The notes under the pieces are model-generated. The model was not told where the DNA came from and searched no databases. It saw nothing but the letters and a program-made list of their open reading frames with translations. DNA of 64,000 bases, taken from the sequence record KJ019143.1; one strand, written 5' to 3'. The position numbers and the translations under genes are program-made. Below are positions 56,599 to 64,000 of the stretch, one piece after another. How positions within the stretch are numbered: the stretch's first letter is position 1; every line of letters starts with the position of its first letter.

Positions 56599-59500
56599 AT
56601 GATCTCAACAGCGACTAAGATTAAATTTAAAAGGTCTGGTGTAGCCGGACGTAGACCCTCCTTAGCTGATCTTCAGTTAGGTGAATTGGGGATCAATTAT
56701 AACGATGGTAAACTATTTTTCCGACAGGAAAATGAAGTAGTTGGCTCTCGTATCATTGAACCTGGACAGGGTGATGTAATCGGTAAGACTATTTTCGTAT
56801 CCACAAAGGGTAACGATAACAATAGTGGTCTTAACGAAAGAGATGCCAAGAGAACTGTTAAAGCGGCCGCCGCAGTAGCAGAACCTGGTGACTCCATCAA
56901 ACTGTATCCAGGTCAGTACATCGAAGATAACCCTATCGTATTTAAGGATAGGGTATCTGTAGAGGGTATGGAGCTTCGTAACGTTCTCGTTACTCCAGCC
57001 AACCCCAGTAAAGACTTGTATCAAGTTGGTGAGGCGTTCCACGCTACCAACCATTCCTTTGTGTCCAATAGGGATTCAACAGATGGTGCCTCTATTATCA
57101 CCTATCGTCCTCTAGAGGGAACTGCGTCTGACAGGTATTTTGACGCGGCTAGACTCATCAGGGACAATCTTAGCTTCATTGCTAACGAGACAGTAGGTTT
57201 CCTAACCAGTGGATATTCAGGCTTTGCCGCTGGTCAGAGATCACAGGACGCTGCTCGTGCTCTAGAACTAAACAAGAACTTCATAGTAGAAGAAGCATTT
57301 CAATATATCAACTCTCCTGATTATACAGGAGCCACATACTTCAACCCAGACCCAGCACAGTGTAAGAGAGACCTAGGAAATATCATTGATGGTTGGAGAT
57401 ATGATCTCATCTCTGATGGTAACACCAGATCTACTGGTCTTGGTCTAACCTACTACGCACCTATTCCCTTTGTGAATAGTGCTAATGTTGCTGACCTTGT
57501 ATACAACAGAAATAACGGTGATGTTCTAATTGAAACCGACGTAGATACACAGGTTTCAGTTGGTGAGAAGATCAAACTACAGGATATCAGACTAGAGTGT
57601 GGTTCCTACAATAACGACTTCTTTATCACTGGTTTCAAGTATGATAACACCAGTGGTATTGGAACAGTTAATCTACCCTTTATCCATAACGTCAAGGTTG
57701 GAGACCTTGTTAAGTTTGATGGTTTAGAGTTTGATTGTCCTGCCTATGGTGCCATTGAATATGGTATCCAAGACTTCAAGTATAATGAAACTACTGGTGG
57801 AAGTGTTGTCACACTCACCGAAGATCATGATCTAAAGATTGGTGACACCATTGAACTAAGAGACCTTCAGTTCGATTGTCCCGCCTATGGTGGTGACTTC
57901 ACTAACATCATCAACCTAGAATACAATAAGACCAGTGGTCAGGGTGTTATCACATATGACAAACCCGCCGATCTCAAGTCTGGTGACGTTGTTATCCTCT
58001 ATGACCTCACACTAACTTGTGATGCTTATGGTAACGCTATCTCAGTTACTGATTTCTCTTATGATAACTTCACTGGTATCACTGAAGTAGAAGTAAATAG
58101 ACCCCACAACCTCCGTCCCGGAGACCTAATCAAACTAGAGAACCTTAAGTTCTCTTGTGATTCCTACCTTAATGAAACATACAAGGTCTCTAACTTTGTA
58201 TATAATGAGAGCACTGGTGATAGTGTCCTCACCCTAACTGAACCACATAGTTTAGTTGCTGGTAAGAACGTCAGACTTGCTGACCTAGTTTTCTCCTGTA
58301 ACTCCTATGTTCCAACCGCTAAAGCAATCTCTGATTTCCAGTATGATGAAGTAGTTGGTATCTCTACTATTACTCTAGCATCTCCACACAACTTATCAGT
58401 TGGTGAGCAGTTCAGACTAGAGGATTTAGTATTCTCCTGTAACTCATATTCCTTCACTGATATTCCTATCATTGATGCACCATATGATAATGTAACTGGT
58501 TATGTAACCCTATCGTTCTCTGGTGACCACGGACAACAGGTTGGTGAGAGAGTAAGACTCAGAGATATTGAGTACTCCTGCCCTGGTGGTTCAGGTATCA
58601 CTACAACCTTGTTCCCCGATGGAACCTTTGGTTATGAGTTTGAAATCCTAAGTGTTCCAAACACTAAGAAGATGATTCTTAATGTTGGCACCTCCACTAT
58701 TGAACACTCCTATGTGAGTGGTGGTACTGCTACCGTTGGTATTACAACTACTATCTTCCCTGATGGAACACAAGGTTTCGACTTCAATGTATCCAGTGTT
58801 AATAGTTCCACTGTTATCGAAGCAAGTGTTGGTATTTCTACCATCGCTCACAACTATGTTTCTGGTGGATCATTATTCGTTGGTTTCACTACCACAGTAT
58901 TCCCCGATGGAACACAAGGTGATACCTTCAGAGTTAATTCTATTCCTTCTAGCACTCAAATCAGTGTTAATGTTGGTGTATCTTCTATCGCCCATACTTT
59001 CGTATCCGGTGGTACAGCAACTGACCTAGACTCTTTCATCCCTGTATCTGGTTTCACCTACAATGAAGGTGACGGAACTGGACTAGTATCCCTAGACAAG
59101 GCACACAACCTAGTGGTTGGTGACTCTTTTGTTCTAGAGGATCTTAAGTTCAACTGTAACTCCTACAGAACAGGTGGTACTTCTACTATTGATATCACTA
59201 ACTTTGAGTATGATAAGGTAACCGGACTATCTACAGTCACACTATCTTCTTCACACAACCTACATGTTAATGATACCGTAGCACTATATGATATCAAGTT
59301 CTCTTGTCCTGGTGGTTCAGGTATTACAACTAATATCTTCCCCGATGGAACCAGAGACAACTTCTATGATGTAGTTGCTGACCTAAACCCCAACCAGATT
59401 ATTGTTCGGGTTGGTAAGTCTGACATTACTCACACATACGCTAGTGGTGGTAGTCTATCCGTTGGTATCACTACTAACATCTTCCCTGATGGAACTAGAC

Positions 59501-62500
59501 CTTCTGGTGACTTCTTCCAGGTTATCTCTGTTCCTTCTACCAAGTCTGTTCTAACTCAGGTTGGTCTATCCTCTATCGCTCACTCATACGCAAGTGGTGG
59601 TAAGTTCTACACTGGTATCACTACTAATGTATTCCCACAGGTATTCACCGACCCCAACATCAAGGTAACCAACGCTGTATATGACGAAGTATCTGGTGTT
59701 ATCACCATTACTACTAACAAGGCACACGGACTTACCGCTACCGCACCTGTTCTACTACAGGATCTAAACTTCTCTTGTCTCTCTGGTGGTGTAGGAAACA
59801 CCCCAGGCAACCTTGTGTTCCCCAGGAACCAGGAAGTTTATGATGTTGTGTCCGTTCTATCTACTACACAATATACGATCAATGTAGGTCCTTCTGACTT
59901 CTCTCACACTTATGTTGATGGTGGTACTTCTACCACACAGAACATCACTAAGGCATCCTACAACAAAGGAACTGGTGATCTAACAGTAACCCTAGACAAG
60001 CAACACGGTTATTCAGTTGGTGATCGTGCTAGTGTGGTTGATCTCCTCTTCTCCTGTCAGTCTGGTGGTCCTAACAACCAACCTGGAACACTTCTATTCC
60101 CTCGTCCTACTGATGAGTATGAAGTTCTATCTGCAAGTGGTAAGACACTCACAGTTAATGTTGGAGCGTTCCCATCACTAGTTCATACCTATAAGAATGG
60201 TGGATCACTAACCTATAGTTCTACTGTACTTCCTGTAAGTAACGCAGTTTATGATCAATCAACTGGAGTTCTAACACTCACCACATCAATTGCACTAGGG
60301 GCACCTGTTGGTTCTACCATTAAGATGCAGGGTCTAAACTTCTCCTGTGCCTCTGGTGGTCCTGGTAATGACGCTGGTGCTATTGTATTTCCAAGACTAG
60401 ACACTCCTACCTTCAAGGTGAAGGAAGTCAAGAGTGGTGTATCCTATGTTATCAATGTAGGAACCTCTACACTCTCACACACATATACATCTGGTGGTTT
60501 CTCCTCACTCAAGAAGTTGAAGAACGACCCCAATATTTTCAAAGTTATCGACACCCCAACACCTAGTAAGGTTATTACTAATGTCGGTGTATCCTCTATC
60601 GCTCATGACTATGTGAGTGGTGGTAATATGTTCGTGGGTATCACCACTAATGTATTCCCTGATGGAACTCGCCCTGATGGAAGTAGGTTCGAAGTTATCT
60701 CCGCCCTATCACCCAACCAGGCACTCATCAACATCGGTGTTTCTACTATCACCCACAACTACGATAGTGGTGGTAGGATGCAGTATGGTACTACCAATGA
60801 GAGACCTGTTCTAGACTTCCTATACGATGGTCAGACTGGTATCTCCACTGTAACTATTAGAGGAACTCATGGTTTGAACCAGGGTGACCTAGTGAAACTC
60901 AGAGGTCTTGAGTTCGCTTGTACTAACTCACCTGGTATTACAACTACTATCTTCCCAGATGGAACTGCCGCTGGTCTCAATATCTACAAGGTTACTGAGA
61001 TTATTAGTAACAGTACCTTCAAGACAAATGTAGGTAGAGTTGGATTCGATCATACTTACATCCAAGGTGGTTCCGCTTTCGTTGGTATCACTACTAACAT
61101 CTTCCCAGATGGAACACAAGGTTACAACTATACAGTTGCCGCCATTCCTAATAAGAATCAGGTAACAGTTGATGTGGGTATCTCCAGTATCCAACATGAT
61201 TATATTCGTGGTGGATCACTATTCTCTGGTAAGACTAACGAGAGAGATATCGCAGACTTCAAGTATGATCACATCTCTGGTGATGCGGTTCTTACCTTCA
61301 GAAAGGCACAGAACTTATTCACACAAGATCTAGTAAAACTTAAGAACCTTCAGTTTGATTGTCCAAACTCTACTGGTATCACTACTACTCTCTTCCCAGA
61401 CGGAACCAGAAGTAACCTCTTCCTAATCAAGGAGAGACTAAACCCAACACAGTTCAAACTCAATGTTGGCACTTCACCATTCGGTCATGACTATGTGAGA
61501 GGAACAGGTCAGGCATTCGTTGGTATCACTACTAACATCTTCCCTGATACCAAGACACAACCAAGTAAGTTATTCAAGGTTGTTGATGTCCCAACTCCTA
61601 CTACTATCTCCGCCAAGATTGGTGTATCCACTATCTCCCACTCATATGTTAAGGGTGGTAAGGTATTCGTTGGTATTAACACTGATATCTTCCCTGGAGA
61701 TGAGCAAGTATCACCACTAGGTGACACATATACAGTTCAGAGTATCACTAAAGATGGTGAGTTGGTTATCAATGTTGGACTATCTTCTATCAGTCACTCC
61801 TATGGTGGCGGTGGTAAGGTTCTATATGGACAGAGTTCTGGTAACAACCTACAACATATCACTGGTCCTGGTGTACTAGACGCAACCATCGCCGCTATCG
61901 ATTTCGAGAAACAGGTAGCAATCAACGCACTAAACAACAGACCTTGGGGTTCATTCGTTCCTGAAGAGACTGCTGTTGTGGAGGCGTTCGCCTATGATAA
62001 CCAGACTGGTTTCGGAACAGTAACCGCTAGGGGAATCAACGTCAACACTGGTGACACCATCAGGATGAGTGACATTCAGTTTGTTTGTTCTGAGGAGTAC
62101 GCAGGTGTAACCACTACCTTCTTCCCTGATAATACTAGACCAGAGGGTCAGTACTTTAGAGTAGAAAGAAGAATCAACATCGATGAGTTTGAAGTTAATA
62201 TTGGTGTTTCTACTATCAAACACGTATTCAACTACGAAACAGGTGGTAACGTATATCGTTACAGACAGTCTATTCTAGATGTTAACTACGATAGATCCAG
62301 TGGTATCACTAGTATCCGAGCAACCAAGCATGGTTACAAGGCGAAAGATATCGTGGAACTAGGTGATATCGAGTTCGATTGTCCCGTATTCAAACCTCAA
62401 TATGATATTGAGAACTTTGTTTATGATAACACAACTGGTCTATCCACAGTTACTACTACTGTAGATAACACTATCAAGGTAGGTGACAATGTAAAACTAG

Positions 62501-64000
62501 CAGACATCAAACTAGAGTGTCCTCCATATGGTAACCAGAGAGTTATTGATAACTTTGTTTATGATAACAAGAGTGGTCTTTCCACCATATCACTAACAGC
62601 AGCACACGGACTCAACCTAAGACCTAGACCTTCTGTTTCTATCTCTACCGCCCTCTATGATAACCAGACTGGTATCCTAACCGTTACCACCAATGCTGAC
62701 ATCAACTTCACCGATAGAAGTGGTCAGGGTGTTCAACTCAGTGGTCTAAGGTTCTCCTGTGACTCCGCTGGTTTCCCTGGAACTCTCACCTATCCTGAAG
62801 AGAATCTAGTTTATGATATCCTAGAGATTCAGTCTCCTAGTAAGTTTAAGATTAATGTTGGTCTCTCCACTATCGCTCACGAGTATGTGAATGGTGGTGC
62901 CGCTACTAAGGTTGATAGATTCGATGTGAAACTACAGGGTATCAAGTTTGATTGTCCCGCCTATGGAAACACAATCGATGTTACTAACTTCCTATACGAT
63001 CAGAGAAGTGGTAACTCACTAGTTACCGTAGATAAGGCACACAAACTATCTGTTGGTGATAACATCAAACTAGCGGATCTCAAGTTCCAATGTGCTCCAT
63101 ATGGTAACGATTACAATGTTCTAAACGCAGATTACGACAACACAACTGGTATTATTACAGTAACCACTAACCAAAACATCAACGGTGTTGGTGTTGGTGA
63201 TACTATTCGCCTCTCCAGACTACAGTTTGATTGTGTAGGTAGTGGTCCTGAGTATAATATCACTAACGTATTCTTCAATACTGGTAACAGATCAGTTATT
63301 CTCACAGTTCCTGAAAGACCAATTGGTCTAAACCCAGGTGATGACATTAAACTAACCAATATGTCATACCTAGAAGGTGGTAGTGGTAATGTAGTTGCGT
63401 ATCCAGACGGAAGAGATTCGAGTCTAAACATCTTCCGTATCAATGATGTTCAACCTAACTCCATTCTCCCTGGATACTTCGATGTAACCACAGCGTTCCC
63501 CAATGTTAAGGATCCTTTCGCGATCTTCAACAATACTGGTAGACTAACCACTGGTATTACTACTAACATTTACCCTGAGAATGTAGGTGCTGAAGGTGGT
63601 TTCTATGAAGTTATCCGCCTAAGACAAGATAACCAGTTTGAGATTCAGGTAGGAACCTCTACTATCACTCACAACTATGTGAGACAAGGACAGATGTTCA
63701 CTGGTGTAACCACCAACTTCTTCCCTGGTAACCTACAGAACTCACCTAGAGGAAACATCTTTGAGATTGTGGAAGTTCCCACAGCAACACAGGTGAGAAT
63801 CAATGTAGGTGTATCTTCTATCTCTCATAGTTATGATAGTGGTGGTCAGATGTTTGTTGGTATCACTACTAACATCTTCCCTGATGGAACCAGAGGTAAC
63901 CTATTCCCAGTTGTTGGTGTAGCAAATACACTCACCCTAAGAATCGACGCTGGTGTATCCAGTATTCCTCACAACTATGTTTCTGGTGGAGAACTATTCG
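56599..64000 (+). CDS. giant repetitive virion structural (fibre-like) protein, 3' end beyond window
   Basis: Translated by hand in one frame from ATG 56599 to the window end with no stop (2467 codons); N-terminus KIKFKRS...GELGINYNDGKLF, beta-helix-like FVSTKGNDNNSG...LYPGQYIE, helical DAARLI/CKRDL units, then YDNxTG...FxC and TTxFPDG...HxYVxGG repeats. Confidence 0.93.
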   Translation, partial: MISTATKIKFKRSGVAGRRPSLADLQLGELGINYNDGKLFFRQENEVVGSRIIEPGQGDVIGKTIFVSTKGNDNNSGLNERDAKRTVKAAAAVAEPGDSIKLYPGQYIEDNPIVFKDRVSVEGMELRNVLVTPANPSKDLYQVGEAFHATNHSFVSNRDSTDGASIITYRPLEGTASDRYFDAARLIRDNLSFIANETVGFLTSGYSGFAAGQRSQDAARALELNKNFIVEEAFQYINSPDYTGATYFNPDPAQCKRDLGNIIDGWRYDLISDGNTRSTGLGLTYYAPIPFVNSANVADLVYNRNNGDVLIETDVDTQVSVGEKIKLQDIRLECGSYNNDFFITGFKYDNTSGIGTVNLPFIHNVKVGDLVKFDGLEFDCPAYGAIEYGIQDFKYNETTGGSVVTLTEDHDLKIGDTIELRDLQFDCPAYGGDFTNIINLEYNKTSGQGVITYDKPADLKSGDVVILYDLTLTCDAYGNAISVTDFSYDNFTGITEVEVNRPHNLRPGDLIKLENLKFSCDSYLNETYKVSNFVYNESTGDSVLTLTEPHSLVAGKNVRLADLVFSCNSYVPTAKAISDFQYDEVVGISTITLASPHNLSVGEQFRLEDLVFSCNSYSFTDIPIIDAPYDNVTGYVTLSFSGDHGQQVGERVRLRDIEYSCPGGSGITTTLFPDGTFGYEFEILSVPNTKKMILNVGTSTIEHSYVSGGTATVGITTTIFPDGTQGFDFNVSSVNSSTVIEASVGISTIAHNYVSGGSLFVGFTTTVFPDGTQGDTFRVNSIPSSTQISVNVGVSSIAHTFVSGGTATDLDSFIPVSGFTYNEGDGTGLVSLDKAHNLVVGDSFVLEDLKFNCNSYRTGGTSTIDITNFEYDKVTGLSTVTLSSSHNLHVNDTVALYDIKFSCPGGSGITTNIFPDGTRDNFYDVVADLNPNQIIVRVGKSDITHTYASGGSLSVGITTNIFPDGTRPSGDFFQVISVPSTKSVLTQVGLSSIAHSYASGGKFYTGITTNVFPQVFTDPNIKVTNAVYDEVSGVITITTNKAHGLTATAPVLLQDLNFSCLSGGVGNTPGNLVFPRNQEVYDVVSVLSTTQYTINVGPSDFSHTYVDGGTSTTQNITKASYNKGTGDLTVTLDKQHGYSVGDRASVVDLLFSCQSGGPNNQPGTLLFPRPTDEYEVLSASGKTLTVNVGAFPSLVHTYKNGGSLTYSSTVLPVSNAVYDQSTGVLTLTTSIALGAPVGSTIKMQGLNFSCASGGPGNDAGAIVFPRLDTPTFKVKEVKSGVSYVINVGTSTLSHTYTSGGFSSLKKLKNDPNIFKVIDTPTPSKVITNVGVSSIAHDYVSGGNMFVGITTNVFPDGTRPDGSRFEVISALSPNQALINIGVSTITHNYDSGGRMQYGTTNERPVLDFLYDGQTGISTVTIRGTHGLNQGDLVKLRGLEFACTNSPGITTTIFPDGTAAGLNIYKVTEIISNSTFKTNVGRVGFDHTYIQGGSAFVGITTNIFPDGTQGYNYTVAAIPNKNQVTVDVGISSIQHDYIRGGSLFSGKTNERDIADFKYDHISGDAVLTFRKAQNLFTQDLVKLKNLQFDCPNSTGITTTLFPDGTRSNLFLIKERLNPTQFKLNVGTSPFGHDYVRGTGQAFVGITTNIFPDTKTQPSKLFKVVDVPTPTTISAKIGVSTISHSYVKGGKVFVGINTDIFPGDEQVSPLGDTYTVQSITKDGELVINVGLSSISHSYGGGGKVLYGQSSGNNLQHITGPGVLDATIAAIDFEKQVAINALNNRPWGSFVPEETAVVEAFAYDNQTGFGTVTARGINVNTGDTIRMSDIQFVCSEEYAGVTTTFFPDNTRPEGQYFRVERRINIDEFEVNIGVSTIKHVFNYETGGNVYRYRQSILDVNYDRSSGITSIRATKHGYKAKDIVELGDIEFDCPVFKPQYDIENFVYDNTTGLSTVTTTVDNTIKVGDNVKLADIKLECPPYGNQRVIDNFVYDNKSGLSTISLTAAHGLNLRPRPSVSISTALYDNQTGILTVTTNADINFTDRSGQGVQLSGLRFSCDSAGFPGTLTYPEENLVYDILEIQSPSKFKINVGLSTIAHEYVNGGAATKVDRFDVKLQGIKFDCPAYGNTIDVTNFLYDQRSGNSLVTVDKAHKLSVGDNIKLADLKFQCAPYGNDYNVLNADYDNTTGIITVTTNQNINGVGVGDTIRLSRLQFDCVGSGPEYNITNVFFNTGNRSVILTVPERPIGLNPGDDIKLTNMSYLEGGSGNVVAYPDGRDSSLNIFRINDVQPNSILPGYFDVTTAFPNVKDPFAIFNNTGRLTTGITTNIYPENVGAEGGFYEVIRLRQDNQFEIQVGTSTITHNYVRQGQMFTGVTTNFFPGNLQNSPRGNIFEIVEVPTATQVRINVGVSSISHSYDSGGQMFVGITTNIFPDGTRGNLFPVVGVANTLTLRIDAGVSSIPHNYVSGGELF
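59461..63890 (+). repeat. dispersed 30-35 bp near-identical DNA repeats inside the giant ORF
   Basis: gttggtatcactactaacatcttccctgatggaac identical at 59461 and 63856; 30-bp match at 61519; one mismatch at 61081. Confidence 0.9.

Noticed and set aside
56561-56602. 13-codon upstream ORF overlapping the giant ORF start (ATGA)
   Set aside because: Too short to distinguish from chance, with no clear RBS or recognisable peptide.
56697-63443. Many short ORFs on the minus strand and alternative plus frames
   Set aside because: They are shadows of the single open frame 56599 to the window end.

Overview
This window is part of a T4-like marine cyanophage (cyanomyovirus) genome, probably infecting Synechococcus. 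Almost all genes are on the + strand. From left to right: (1) replication and recombination core genes (uvsX, gp41 helicase, mazG); (2) a tRNA/structured-RNA cluster (tRNA-Arg TCT, a manA-like RNA, tRNA-Asn GTT); (3) a block with three DNA adenine methyltransferase-like genes, two nuclease-motif proteins, a sigma70-like factor and a nucleotidyltransferase; (4) late virion genes, gp61 primase and intron-free nrdA/nrdB; (5) lysis genes, cpeT and peptide deformylase; (6) a 10-kb glycan-synthesis cluster; (7) the hli/petF/tail fibre/psbA/psbD island; (8) a type IV pilin plus a pilin-like gene, and talC; (9) a giant structural ORF (56599 to beyond the window end, at least 2467 codons) that is missing from the supplied ORF track. 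Strongest observations: the giant protein is built from N-half and C-half motifs that nest like balanced brackets (15 open and 15 close, then a second nest still open at the window edge); the sugar cluster has the His-for-Lys signature of a GDP-colitose pathway next to GT11 and GT6 transferases; a canonical prepilin is phage-encoded; two unrelated enzymes share an N-terminal capsid-targeting-like tag; and several promoter-hairpin-terminator units have no ORF. All protein family calls come from motif recognition by eye, not from database searches.
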